Part shown: positions 28,581 through 38,866 of the stretch, piece after piece
Position numbering within the stretch: position 1 is the stretch's first letter
Layout of the letters: the number at the start of each line of letters is the position of its first letter
DNA from: Candidatus Hodarchaeota archaeon
GTDB taxonomy: Archaea > Asgardarchaeota > Lokiarchaeia > Sigyniarchaeales > SOKP01
DNA: 64,000 bases
Direction of reading: 5' to 3'
NCBI GenBank assembly: GCA_048887225.1
Contig: JBHLJY010000004.1
Coordinates: forward strand, 160,001 to 224,000
Program-made: the position numbers and the translations under genes
Notes under the pieces: generated by a model
The model's database searches: none
What the model saw: the letters and a program-made list of their open reading frames with translations, nothing else
What the model was told of the DNA's origin: nothing

Positions 28581-30032
28581 ATGGAGAAGATTGAGTTAGA
28601 AGAATTCAAAAAATTTGATACGCTTTTTAATCCAAAACATATTGCTTTTATTGGCGCTTCTGAGAGCTCAACTTTTGGTGCTATGCTCTATCTTAGGGCG
28701 TTTAAAAGATCAAAATGGTCTGAAACATTTTATCCTATTAATCCAAAACGAGAAGAAATTATGGGATGGAAATGTTATCCTTCAGTTCTGGAGGTTCCAT
28801 ATCCCATTGATACTGCTTATGTTTCTTTAAAGACACAATTCATTCCTCAAGTAATAAAAGAATGTGTAGAAAAGAAAATTCGTTGGGTAATTATATTTGC
28901 TTCAGGATTTTCTGAAACAGGAGATCCAGAAGGAAAAAAAATGGAACAAGAGCTCATAGAAATAATCAAAGATTCAGAAACAAGAATTATTGGACCAAAC
29001 TGTTTAGGTCCTTATTCTCCTGGAAATGGGATGATGTTCTCCTCATCTTTTGCCCGACCTGGGAGTTTAGGCTCCGTTTCTTTTATGTCGCAAAGCGGTG
29101 GGCATCTGACTCAACTTTTAGACGTTGGTTTTAAAAGAGATATTAGATTCAGATATGGCGTCTCATTTGGGAACCAGATTGATTTAAGTTGTTTAGATTT
29201 TTTAAGACATTTTCACAAAGATTCAAAGACTAAAGTGATTGCGGCTTATTTAGAATCCTTTGGGTCCGCCCACGGCTATGATTTCTTTTTAGAACTTAAA
29301 AAAACAACTCGGATTAAACCAGTAATTATTTGGAAAGGTGGTTACACCGATGATGGTACTCGTGCAGCGTTTTCACATACAGGTGCTATGGCTTCAAACT
29401 TAAGCTTATGGAAAACAATGGCAAAACAAACTGGAACGATATTAGTTAAAGATAACGAGGAATGGTGGAATACAACGAAAACTTTTGAATTGCTTTTTCC
29501 TAAATATTTGCCTAAAGGAAGAAATGTGGCAATTATTACTCCTGGTGGAGGTAATAGTGTTAACGTAACTGATTTATTTGCAGCACATAATTTAAAAATC
29601 CCTGATTTAACAATTAACTCTCAAGAAAAGGTCTCTAAAATTTTACCAAATGTAAATGTCAATATCAAAAATCCAATAGATTTAGGTGCCTCTGGATTTG
29701 TAATAGATCTTTTTGTCGAATGTATAGAGATCTGCTTGAACGATCCTAATATTGACATTGTGATTGTTCCATTTTGGCCCCATCATTTGTTTAACTGGGT
29801 ATTTAAAAGAATGCTTAAAATCCAGCAGAGGACTGAGAAACCAATAATCTTTTGTATACCCAGTGTTGCTGATTCTATAGACATAGCGAAAAAATTCAAT
29901 CGTGTGCAAAAAATTCTCAACAAGAAAAGGGCGCTTTATTTCTTATCGTTTAGAGACGCTGCGAATAGCATCTCATTGTTTTGCGATTATGCCGATTATC
30001 TAAGATCTCGTAAAATTGAAATTAAGAGATAA
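28581..30032 (+). CDS. ADP-forming acyl-CoA synthetase, alpha-like (CoA-binding) subunit
   Basis: FIGAS, ASGFSE, IIGPNCLG, SQSGG, FSHTGA (phospho-His) and NPIDL motifs. Confidence 0.88.
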   Translation: MEKIELEEFKKFDTLFNPKHIAFIGASESSTFGAMLYLRAFKRSKWSETFYPINPKREEIMGWKCYPSVLEVPYPIDTAYVSLKTQFIPQVIKECVEKKIRWVIIFASGFSETGDPEGKKMEQELIEIIKDSETRIIGPNCLGPYSPGNGMMFSSSFARPGSLGSVSFMSQSGGHLTQLLDVGFKRDIRFRYGVSFGNQIDLSCLDFLRHFHKDSKTKVIAAYLESFGSAHGYDFFLELKKTTRIKPVIIWKGGYTDDGTRAAFSHTGAMASNLSLWKTMAKQTGTILVKDNEEWWNTTKTFELLFPKYLPKGRNVAIITPGGGNSVNVTDLFAAHNLKIPDLTINSQEKVSKILPNVNVNIKNPIDLGASGFVIDLFVECIEICLNDPNIDIVIVPFWPHHLFNWVFKRMLKIQQRTEKPIIFCIPSVADSIDIAKKFNRVQKILNKKRALYFLSFRDAANSISLFCDYADYLRSRKIEIKR

Positions 30033-30753
30033 TTATAAAAATTTATTTTTAAAGTTGAATTGTAAAATGAAAAAAGAAGGAATTTTGAAAGGTGGAGATC
30101 GTAAAGAACATAATTGGAATAAAACAAAATTAGGAGAACCGTTCAAAAAGGCTTTAGACAGATTTCGTGAAGAAGTGCTTGAGCGAGAAGATTTCGATCC
30201 AACCTCGCTATTACAATTTGGATTATTTATGGCAAAGGCAGTTATTAATATATTAAAAGAAGCTGAAGCCGAATTTGGAGTAGAAGGCCAGAAAATGGTT
30301 AATAACGCTTTGATTAAAACTGGGTACGATATGGGTAAACAAATATTAAAGGATATTGAAATACCACCAGAAATCTCAGACATAGAATTAATTAGTTTTT
30401 TAGCAACAATTATTAATACTCAGGCTTGGACATCGATTGAAGACCCTCGGATTGATAACGATGAACAATGCTCGTTCGATATTATTTGGTGTCCGCTTCA
30501 AGATGTTTACTCTGCCTTTGACTGTCGAGTTCAACGTTATTTAGTACAAGGAATTATTGATGCTTTTAGAGATTCTAATATTTTAGATTCTGAATTTCAA
30601 ATAGAATTCAAGAAAACTATCCCTGCTGGAGCAAATACATGCTTATTTGTCCTTAATAAAAAGAAACTAGGAGAACCAGATAAATGGGAAGCATACTCTA
30701 GGTTATTAGAAAAGAAAGCTCTGAATAGAATGAAAGAACGAAAAAAGAAATAA
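30016..30753 (+). CDS. Hypothetical protein with V4R/ATC-hydrolase-like Cys motif (start may lie further downstream)
   Basis: WCPLQ...DC...KTIPAGANTCLF pattern. Confidence 0.55.
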   Translation: MKLRDNYKNLFLKLNCKMKKEGILKGGDRKEHNWNKTKLGEPFKKALDRFREEVLEREDFDPTSLLQFGLFMAKAVINILKEAEAEFGVEGQKMVNNALIKTGYDMGKQILKDIEIPPEISDIELISFLATIINTQAWTSIEDPRIDNDEQCSFDIIWCPLQDVYSAFDCRVQRYLVQGIIDAFRDSNILDSEFQIEFKKTIPAGANTCLFVLNKKKLGEPDKWEAYSRLLEKKALNRMKERKKK

Positions 30754-30856
30754 TTATTTTTTTTTAACTTAAGTTATCATTTCATAAAAATGAAAGAAAA
30801 GCTTTATATTAGGAATCAGAAAATATTAAATTAAAACTTCTGAAAAAGGTTATATA

Positions 30857-32245
30857 ATGGTTGAAAATCATATTATTCCGAAATTTTCTACTTCTGATAA
30901 GTTTATATGGGGATTAGCTAGTTTTGGCACTTCTCTAATTGCTGGAGTATATGCTGCAATGTTAGTAATGTTCTTTCACGTATATCTCGAGTTGGATCCC
31001 GTTCTTATTGCCATTGCCGCAGTTTTATACGCCATATGGAACGCTGTAAACGATCCTCTTTTCGGATTTCTTTCTGATAAAACAAAAGGAAAGAGAGGAC
31101 GCCGCATTCCTTATATGCAATTTACTGCTCCTTTTTTGGCTTTGTTTTTTACCGTGATTTGGTTCGTTCCACCAAAATGGGACGATTTTGGTATTTTTTG
31201 GTGGATGCTAATTACGATGTTATTATACGATACTGCTTATACGATTATAGGTTTAGTCTACTCAGCTTTACTTCCTGAGATTACCGAAGATGATAGTGAA
31301 CGAGGAGAACTTCAAAAATATAATTCTTTATTCTATTTGTTTGGGGCGATGTTTGGATTTCTTATACCTGATTTACTCCGGCCAAAGGCAGGTGAAACTA
31401 ATTTATTTCCACTCTACATAGGAATGATTGTAGTAGGTATTGCCTCCGCTATATGTGTTGTAGTTACCTCCTTAAGATTTAAGGAGCGTCCCGAATTTAC
31501 ACAAATAGACGAACCACTTGGTCTTGTCGATTCGGTTAAATATACCTTTAAAAGTAAAGCTTTTTTAATATTAACCGCTGCCAATTTTATGTCGATTCTT
31601 TTTCAGCAAATCCTTTTGTCTTACTTGTTTTATTTAGCGGATTACGTCATGCGGGTATCGACAGTTATTTTAATTTTGTCAATATTTCTAGGTTTAATCA
31701 TTGGTGTGTTTTTTGCAAATGTATTTGCTAATAAATTTGGTGTTGTTAAAGCAAATCAAATTCTTTTAATAATTGGAGCTATACCATTGATAATGCTGCC
31801 ATTTATCCCTCTAATACTTATATATTTATGTTTATTTCTTGGTGGATTTGGCTTATCTGGACCGTTAGTTTTAACAAACGTACTTTATGCTCAAGTGGCT
31901 GATGAGGACGAGACAAAATCAGGTGTTAGGAGGGAAGCATCGTTTTTTGGAACAAACGCAATGATTACCAAACCTGCTCAATCTATTGCTATTGCAATAG
32001 GGCCTTTATTATTAGCATTAGCTAGCTTTGAAACAGGAGGAAAAATAATTTTAGATCAACCCGAGTCGGCTTTATTCATGATTAAAGTATTAGTAGGACT
32101 TATACCTGGAATCGCAATGGTAATTGGTGCATTAATCCTGTTATTTTATCCGCTTAAAGGCAAATATTTAAAAGAAATTCAAGAAAAAGTTTTAGAAATG
32201 CATGTGGATAAACAACAAAAATTAGCAAAAAAACAAATTGGGTAA
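30857..32245 (+). CDS. MFS transporter, GPH (MelB-like) family
   Basis: WNAVNDPLFGFLSD, GRRIPY and DEDETKSGVRREASFFG; about 12 TM helices. Confidence 0.9.
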   Translation: MVENHIIPKFSTSDKFIWGLASFGTSLIAGVYAAMLVMFFHVYLELDPVLIAIAAVLYAIWNAVNDPLFGFLSDKTKGKRGRRIPYMQFTAPFLALFFTVIWFVPPKWDDFGIFWWMLITMLLYDTAYTIIGLVYSALLPEITEDDSERGELQKYNSLFYLFGAMFGFLIPDLLRPKAGETNLFPLYIGMIVVGIASAICVVVTSLRFKERPEFTQIDEPLGLVDSVKYTFKSKAFLILTAANFMSILFQQILLSYLFYLADYVMRVSTVILILSIFLGLIIGVFFANVFANKFGVVKANQILLIIGAIPLIMLPFIPLILIYLCLFLGGFGLSGPLVLTNVLYAQVADEDETKSGVRREASFFGTNAMITKPAQSIAIAIGPLLLALASFETGGKIILDQPESALFMIKVLVGLIPGIAMVIGALILLFYPLKGKYLKEIQEKVLEMHVDKQQKLAKKQIG

Positions 32246-32399
32246 TTAAATATAAAAGTTTATTACTTTTTTTCTTTTTCATTAGCTCAAATTTATTCTC
32301 GAATTGATTTCCTAAATAAAAAGAACTTAAAATAATTAATCAGAAAAATTTTAAATTAGATCAGAATTACTAATTTAAATTTAATAATAGTGATATATT

Positions 32400-33716
32400 A
32401 TGGCAACCTATAGCTCAAAAAGCGAAAAATATCATTTAGACAAAATTAAAGGGAAGAAATTACCTGAAAAATTCAATTACATGAAGAACAGAGTAGCAGT
32501 TGTCAAATTAGACGATTATGAACCAAAAAATATTAGAAATGCGTTAAAATCAGTCATCGAATTGTTAGGGATTAAAGATTTCTTTAATAATAAATCAATT
32601 TTATTAAAACCTAACGCTCTCGCACCTATAAAAAATGCAATTACACCAACAGAAATAATTATGGAATTAATAAAATTAATAAAAAGTAAGGCGAACGCTA
32701 AAAAAATTATTGTTGGGGACTCAACAATGACAAAAAAATTAACAAATATAACTTTTAAAAGGAGTAAAATTAAAGAAAAATGCGAGGAAGAGGGAGCGAC
32801 GATCGTTAATTTTTTCGAATCTGAAAGAACTAAAGTTAAATTAGATAACCCCCCTCATGAAGTTGAAGAGAATATATATTTACCTAAAGAGGTAATTAAC
32901 GCTGATCTTATTATAAATTTACCCAAATTAAAGACACATAAGGGATACGTTTATACTGGAGCAATCAAGAATCTCTTTGGGCTTTTAGGAAATAAAATGA
33001 ATATGCATATGACTCATAAAAATAAAATCGATTTTCAGAGAATGCTAGCAGATATCTATTTCGCTGTTGAAGAAACTAACAATGAAAATTTACCTAAAGT
33101 TTTAACTATTATGGACGCTGTTGTGGCAATGGAAGGTAAAGGTCCAAGGTCTGGCAAACCAAGAAAAATGGGTCTAATTATAGCAGGATTTAATTCTGCT
33201 GCGGTGGACATTGTCGGTTACACATTAATGAATGGAAACCCAAGCGATTTAGAGGCTATAACTTCATTAGCTAAAAGGTCTCAGCTCCCATTAGATATAT
33301 CTCAATTGAACATCGTCGGAGAAATAGATTTCAACAAATATATCGTAAAGAATTTTAAAAAACCAAAAATTGTTACATTAAAAGAGGCTATTGTTCCAGA
33401 AAATGGACTATATTCAAAGATTAGTAAAAAATTAATGAGTATTTCTATTAAGATAAAACGTAAAAAATGCATCTTGTGTGAGGAATGCGTAAAACATTGT
33501 CCTGCTGAGGCATTAGTTCGCAGAAGCGAAAAAATTGTAGTTGATCAGGACAAATGTATAGAGTGCTTTTGTTGTGGCGAAAGCTGTCCAAACGACGCGA
33601 TAAATGCTAAATTTTATCTATTTAGAATATTGCCCATTTTAATATTAGTTTTAGCGATAGGAAGCTTTATTATAGTTTGGTTTTTCACTCAATTAATAAT
33701 CAGTGTTTTTCAATAA
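32400..33716 (+). CDS. DUF362 domain plus 2[4Fe-4S] ferredoxin, with C-terminal TM anchor
   Basis: LLKPN, INLPKLKTH, GAIKNLFG and MEGKGP motifs; two CxxCxxCxxxCP; hydrophobic tail. Confidence 0.85.
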   Translation: MATYSSKSEKYHLDKIKGKKLPEKFNYMKNRVAVVKLDDYEPKNIRNALKSVIELLGIKDFFNNKSILLKPNALAPIKNAITPTEIIMELIKLIKSKANAKKIIVGDSTMTKKLTNITFKRSKIKEKCEEEGATIVNFFESERTKVKLDNPPHEVEENIYLPKEVINADLIINLPKLKTHKGYVYTGAIKNLFGLLGNKMNMHMTHKNKIDFQRMLADIYFAVEETNNENLPKVLTIMDAVVAMEGKGPRSGKPRKMGLIIAGFNSAAVDIVGYTLMNGNPSDLEAITSLAKRSQLPLDISQLNIVGEIDFNKYIVKNFKKPKIVTLKEAIVPENGLYSKISKKLMSISIKIKRKKCILCEECVKHCPAEALVRRSEKIVVDQDKCIECFCCGESCPNDAINAKFYLFRILPILILVLAIGSFIIVWFFTQLIISVFQ

Positions 33717-33813
33717 TCCTTAAACTTTGAAAAATCCTTTTTTCTAAGAGATTTTTATTAAACTCTATCTCATAAATTTAAATTATTTTTTCCCTTATTA
33801 TAATGATATACTG

Positions 33814-34857
33814 ATGAAAATTGATAAAAAAAAGCTCTCTTTAGGGAAACTCAAACATAAATATTTAGCTAAAATGTTAAAGGATTTTGTATCGGATTTA
33901 GACATTCAAGACAAAAGAGTAATTCAGGGATCAAAAATAGGAGAGGATGCCGCAGTTATTGATATGGGCGATAATTATTTAGTTGCAAAAACTGATCCTA
34001 TAACATTTGCTACAGATGAGATTGGATATTACGCCGTTCATGTCAATGTAAATGACGTAGTTTGTATGGGTGCGATGCCAAAATGGTTTCAATCTACAAT
34101 ATTATTACCAGAAATAGGTACAAGTGAGGACTTAATTGAAAATATCTTTAAAAACATTCATGATACTTGTAAATCTATGGATATAACGGTTATAGGAGGA
34201 CATACTGAGGTAACTCCTAATCTTGATAGACCAATTGTTATTGGTTCATTATTAGGAGAAGCTGAAAAAGAGAAACTTGTGTTAACTTCGGGAGCAGAAC
34301 CTGGTGATACCCTCATTTTAACCAAGGGTATTTTTATCGAAGGAACTGCCATAATTGGTCGAGAAAAAGAAAATGATTTAGTAGCTAATGGTTTAAATTC
34401 AGAATTTATAGAAAAATGTAAGAATTACCTTTATAATCCAGGTATAGGCGTTTTTCAAGACGCTCTTTTATCAAATAAATATTTTACAATTAAAAGCTTT
34501 CATGACCCAACTGAGGGGGGTTTAGCATGTGGTATTGCTGAAATGACAATAGCTTCTAATACAGGGATTTTAATAGAACAAGAAAAGATTAAAGTGTTAC
34601 CTGAACCATTGGAATTGAGTAAACTTTTTGGATTAAACCCTATGAATACAATATCATCTGGTTCGCTTTTAATCGCAATTGATGATAAAGATGGATGCGC
34701 TTCTGAATTAATTGATTTACTTATTAAAAACAACATAATAGCGATAAAAATAGGTGAATTTACAACTAACGATAAAGGATTAATGATTAAAGAAAAGAAT
34801 GGGAATATAACGAATCTTAATTATAGTGAAACTGACGATATCACTAAGATCTTTTAA
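33814..34857 (+). CDS. AIR synthase-related/HypE-like ATP-dependent protein
   Basis: GEDAAVID, TDPIT, NVNDV, GGHTE and HDPTEGG motifs. Confidence 0.85.
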   Translation: MKIDKKKLSLGKLKHKYLAKMLKDFVSDLDIQDKRVIQGSKIGEDAAVIDMGDNYLVAKTDPITFATDEIGYYAVHVNVNDVVCMGAMPKWFQSTILLPEIGTSEDLIENIFKNIHDTCKSMDITVIGGHTEVTPNLDRPIVIGSLLGEAEKEKLVLTSGAEPGDTLILTKGIFIEGTAIIGREKENDLVANGLNSEFIEKCKNYLYNPGIGVFQDALLSNKYFTIKSFHDPTEGGLACGIAEMTIASNTGILIEQEKIKVLPEPLELSKLFGLNPMNTISSGSLLIAIDDKDGCASELIDLLIKNNIIAIKIGEFTTNDKGLMIKEKNGNITNLNYSETDDITKIF

Positions 34858-34977
34858 TTATATCAAAGTTAATTGGATCTATTCTTCTCATGACATTATT
34901 TCTTATATCATATTGAAATATAATATTACCCGATTTTGGGGAATCATGGATCAAAATATTTAAAGTTTGTAAAACTT

Positions 34978-35487
34978 TTATTTAATGTTAAATATCTCTA
35001 AAAATCTCCCAAATTCTTTCTTTATATCAATTATTGGTAAATTTATATCGATTTTTTCTTTTTTACGAGCATTTTGAGAACAAATCAGTCCAGAAATCAT
35101 CCTAACATTTTTTGTTAGTTGAGGTTTTATTTCTTCAAAATTCTTTAAGCATAGTATAGTAGGATAATTTAAATTCCTAAAACCTTCTATAAAAATTAGA
35201 TCAATCTTGTAAGGACCACTTGTAATCCATTCCAGTAATTCCTTTATACTAATTTCCTTTCTTAAAAAAATTGTAGTTTCATTTTTCACATTTTTAGTTA
35301 TAGAAAATTGCGCTCCAGCTTTCCCATATTTAAATGAATCCTTATCTTCTTTATCAATTTGATGTTCGTGAATGTTTTTAACTATAGCTACCTCGTAATT
35401 CAAATTCTTTTTTAATAATTTTATGGCATTCAAAATAAAATGCGTTTTGCCGCTTCCAGAATATCCAATCAAACAAATTATTTTAAT
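34978..35487 (-). CDS. mobB: Molybdopterin-guanine dinucleotide biosynthesis protein B (probable ATT start at 35487)
   Basis: (M)KIICLIGYSGSGKT, AIVKNIH, DKEDKDS and DLIFIEGFR motifs. Confidence 0.85.
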   Translation of the reverse strand: MKIICLIGYSGSGKTHFILNAIKLLKKNLNYEVAIVKNIHEHQIDKEDKDSFKYGKAGAQFSITKNVKNETTIFLRKEISIKELLEWITSGPYKIDLIFIEGFRNLNYPTILCLKNFEEIKPQLTKNVRMISGLICSQNARKKEKIDINLPIIDIKKEFGRFLEIFNIK

Positions 35488-35644
35488 AAATAATCACATT
35501 TCCCTTATCTTGATAAATAATTAATAATGAGCGTACATAATTATAAATAATATCTTTTTGAATTAATTTCAATAAACATTAATATAGTTCCTTTTCATAT
35601 AATTAAATATATTTTTTAAGCAACTAAAGTATTAATGTGAATTT

Positions 35645-37642
35645 ATGGCCGAGAAAAAGGAAAGAATCGTATTCGACGCTAATTTTTTTATATGTATGAA
35701 TCAAGTTAAAGCACGGAACATTTTAGGGAATTTGGCCAATGCAGGAAAAGATTTAGACTATGAATATTATATCTCTCAAGTAGTTTTTGATGAGATTAAA
35801 GCACCTTTAACATTTAAGGAGAGATTCAAGAAGATAATAAATATTAAAGAAGTTAGCGATTCTGAAATTGAGCAGATAAAAGATGACTTAATTGAATTTA
35901 AAATCCGTTTCCCGGCCCAAGATCCTGATTTATCTCTCATTGTTTTAAGCAAGAGATTATTAGATGAAGACGAGTCTTTACCAGTCCATTTGGTTACTGA
36001 CGATTTCAAATTAGCTAAAAACGTAGGATTATTGTATAGAGGTAAAATTAATCTCTTGTCTCTCTCAAGTTTTTTACTAAAAATACAGAGATCTGTTACT
36101 ACAGTACAAATAAGAAATTATTTTAAGAACATCTGGAAAAAAAGCTTGAACTATACTCTCAGCTATATGATAGAACGCTCAAAAGTCTATCCTGCTGAGC
36201 AGAAAATTACATGGTTAATCGAAAAAGCGATAAGCGTGACAGAAGATTCCATTATTACTAAAGATTCAGAATTAATAGAAGAAAAAATCGTAAAATTTGA
36301 GGTGGGAGCAACTAAAGAATATTCTGACGAAATAATAATTGCTGAAAAGTATATTGAAAGTCAAAGTCTCCCTGCAAGGGAAGAAGCAAAAGTTCAAGAC
36401 ATAATTAATTTTCTTGAAAATCTGAAAATTTCCCGTGAATATGTTAAGCGAGCAAGAGATGCCATCGTTAAAAACGATTCCGTCAGCGCTGTAAAATTCT
36501 TAAAGAGAGGAAATGGTTTTTTAGTATCATTACTTCAACTTGCCTCAGGTCAATTAAAAAAACTTAAAGATTACGAAATCGTGGAAACTTTGATATGTAG
36601 TGAGATTAGCAAGATGGAGTTTTTAAGAGCTTTTCTACTGGTTTCTTTAGCCCGTGTAAATACTGCCATAGATTCTTTGGAGAGAGCTGCTTTATTTTCA
36701 ACAATTATTCATAATTTCCAAACATGCCTTACACTGAATTACTTAAAAGCGTTGATCCAACTATTTCACGGTTTTTATAAATCTGCTATTATGCAATATA
36801 ATTTTACAGAGGAATTAGCAGATATTTATCAAGATGAGAAATTAAAATTAAAATGTCTTATTGGAAAAGCTATCGCTCTTTATATCAAAGGAGAAGAAGA
36901 CGATACGTATAATGCTGTTGCAATTATGGAAGAGATATCAAATATGAATCTTGAGGAAAATTTTTTAGACGCAATTATAGTATTTACAGAACTAGGAGAT
37001 TATTTCTTAGCATTGGGCCATTCTCAAATCGCTACGAATCTTTATAATCAAGCGCTTGAGATCTCGATTGATTATAAATTGAAATTCAAAGCAGATGTAT
37101 TAATTGAAAAACTTAAACGCGCTTATATTGCCACTGTTATAAGTGGGTTTTCTGCCGAAGATATGGTAGATAAATTGGATGTTTTATTAGATAAAGCTTA
37201 TTCAGTTAAAGATGTAGAAAAATATAATGAGCAAATCAAAAAAATTTCAAGTTTTAACAAATTATTTTATACACCATTTGAATATATCTCCGGTAAGAAA
37301 AAGATAATCACATACAATAAGCTTCCAAAAGAACTTCAAGAAGATTATTTAGAAGTCGTTTATTTTAAAAAATTAAATGAAGAAAAAAATCAAATTCTTT
37401 TTATAGTTTCTCATTACGAATTAGGATTATTAGGAATTAAATTAAAAACTGATGAAAACATTACAGGAATAGCTGAAAACTATTCTCTCAAATTAAAACC
37501 TACTGCTAAATTTAAAATTTACGAAGCTGACGAAAAGTTAAAAGATACATATCTTATTCGCGCAATAATTGAAGTTTTACCGAAAAATCAATGCGAAATT
37601 ATTTATGCTTTACCCGCATTCTTCAAACAATTAAATCTCTAA
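35645..37642 (+). CDS. PIN-domain protein with C-terminal TPR-like solenoid
   Basis: VFDANFF, VFDEI, QDPDLSL and VTDDFKL acidic PIN motifs, followed by helical repeats. Confidence 0.65.
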   Translation: MAEKKERIVFDANFFICMNQVKARNILGNLANAGKDLDYEYYISQVVFDEIKAPLTFKERFKKIINIKEVSDSEIEQIKDDLIEFKIRFPAQDPDLSLIVLSKRLLDEDESLPVHLVTDDFKLAKNVGLLYRGKINLLSLSSFLLKIQRSVTTVQIRNYFKNIWKKSLNYTLSYMIERSKVYPAEQKITWLIEKAISVTEDSIITKDSELIEEKIVKFEVGATKEYSDEIIIAEKYIESQSLPAREEAKVQDIINFLENLKISREYVKRARDAIVKNDSVSAVKFLKRGNGFLVSLLQLASGQLKKLKDYEIVETLICSEISKMEFLRAFLLVSLARVNTAIDSLERAALFSTIIHNFQTCLTLNYLKALIQLFHGFYKSAIMQYNFTEELADIYQDEKLKLKCLIGKAIALYIKGEEDDTYNAVAIMEEISNMNLEENFLDAIIVFTELGDYFLALGHSQIATNLYNQALEISIDYKLKFKADVLIEKLKRAYIATVISGFSAEDMVDKLDVLLDKAYSVKDVEKYNEQIKKISSFNKLFYTPFEYISGKKKIITYNKLPKELQEDYLEVVYFKKLNEEKNQILFIVSHYELGLLGIKLKTDENITGIAENYSLKLKPTAKFKIYEADEKLKDTYLIRAIIEVLPKNQCEIIYALPAFFKQLNL

Positions 37643-37693
37643 ATTTATCGCATTAAGATATTTAAAAATTTAATTCAATAGTTAATAAAATTA

Positions 37694-37966
37694 TTAAGTT
37701 TTACGTAATTGTTTATCACGTTGAGCAATTTGATGGCGATGTATTGCACAACTTATACAATAATATTTCTTAGTCGAGCCCCCCATAATTATAGTTCCTG
37801 CCTTTTTTAATTCTCCGTACATCCGAGCATCGACTAGATTTGTTCGTCGAGTAACAACTTTCGCTTTACTTCTAGCAACAAATCGTCCGCAATTTACACA
37901 TTGTACCTTTCCATAATTACCTTTGCTACTACCAGTTTTTCCTCCCGATTTACGTTTTTTCGGAAT
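37694..37966 (-). CDS. rps26e: Ribosomal protein S26e (ATT start; absent from the ORF track)
   Basis: (M)PKKRKSGG...VQCVNCGRFVARSKA...YYCISCAIHRH. AGGAGGT SD lies 7 nt upstream of the ATT. Confidence 0.95.
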   Translation of the reverse strand: MPKKRKSGGKTGSSKGNYGKVQCVNCGRFVARSKAKVVTRRTNLVDARMYGELKKAGTIIMGGSTKKYYCISCAIHRHQIAQRDKQLRKT

Positions 37967-38101
37967 AAGATTAACCTCCTTTTTTCTATTTTTCTCTCTT
38001 CTAGTAATTAAATAATTAAAAATTTAAATAAGTTATTCTTAGCTGTAGATTTTTAAGAAGACTTTTCAAATCAAGTGTATAAGATATTGAATTTAATTAT
38101 T

Positions 38102-38794
38102 TTACTTCTCCTTTACTTCTGATTTCCTTAAGTCTTTAAAAGTAAATACAAATCTCTGTATTAATGTAAGGCAGAGTAACCCTGTAAAGATTAATATGAA
38201 AGTTAGAAAAAAAAATTCGGCAAGAAATAATAAAACAAGATTCCAAGTGAAAATTCTTGATAAATAATAAATCCAATTTTCTAAACTTAAAATAAACATT
38301 ATATAAACTAATCTTTCAGCTCTTTCCATAAGTCCAACGCCTTTCATGTTCACACCTTCATTTTCTGCTCTTGAACGCGTATAAGATATCATAATTATAA
38401 GAAATAAAATGATAAAACCTAGTAGAAAATCAATTAATTGCCCATAAATCATTCCAAGAATGAGTGCTGCATCAGAAAGGCGGTCCAAGTTCGAATCAAG
38501 AAAAGCACCAGTGTGAGATTCTCCTCTCGTCTTTCTTGCAACCTCTCCATCGAATACATCAAATACACCACTCCAAAAAATTAAAAATGGAGCAGGCCAA
38601 GCAAACCAAATTGGAAAATGTGTGGCTCCTATTGCTATAAAAAAAGCAGCCAATAATGAGCATAAAAATCCTATAACGGATAATAAGTTTGGACTAATAT
38701 TATGTCTTATTAAAAATTCCACAGGCCCTTCAATAAATCTTTCTAGAGTTTCTCTTTGGCGATCTCGTTTATTTTTTCCTTCCAATTCGTTCAA
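38102..38794 (-). CDS. CDP-alcohol phosphatidyltransferase (archaetidylinositol-phosphate synthase-like)
   Basis: SPN, DVFDGEVAR...GAFLDSNLDRLSD, SYTRSRAE and GLMERAER motifs. Confidence 0.9.
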   Translation of the reverse strand: MNELEGKNKRDRQRETLERFIEGPVEFLIRHNISPNLLSVIGFLCSLLAAFFIAIGATHFPIWFAWPAPFLIFWSGVFDVFDGEVARKTRGESHTGAFLDSNLDRLSDAALILGMIYGQLIDFLLGFIILFLIIMISYTRSRAENEGVNMKGVGLMERAERLVYIMFILSLENWIYYLSRIFTWNLVLLFLAEFFFLTFILIFTGLLCLTLIQRFVFTFKDLRKSEVKEK

Positions 38795-38866
38795 TTCCTT
38801 TTTAAATCCCTAATTTCGAAAAAATAAATTATTATAATTTAAAAGTTAATTAAAATTAAAAATTTA

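Noticed and set aside
34870-34955. Weak hairpin with ATGA downstream of the HypE-like gene (SECIS-like?)
   Set aside because: Pairing is poor and AT-rich, and the neighbouring genes have no in-frame TGA.
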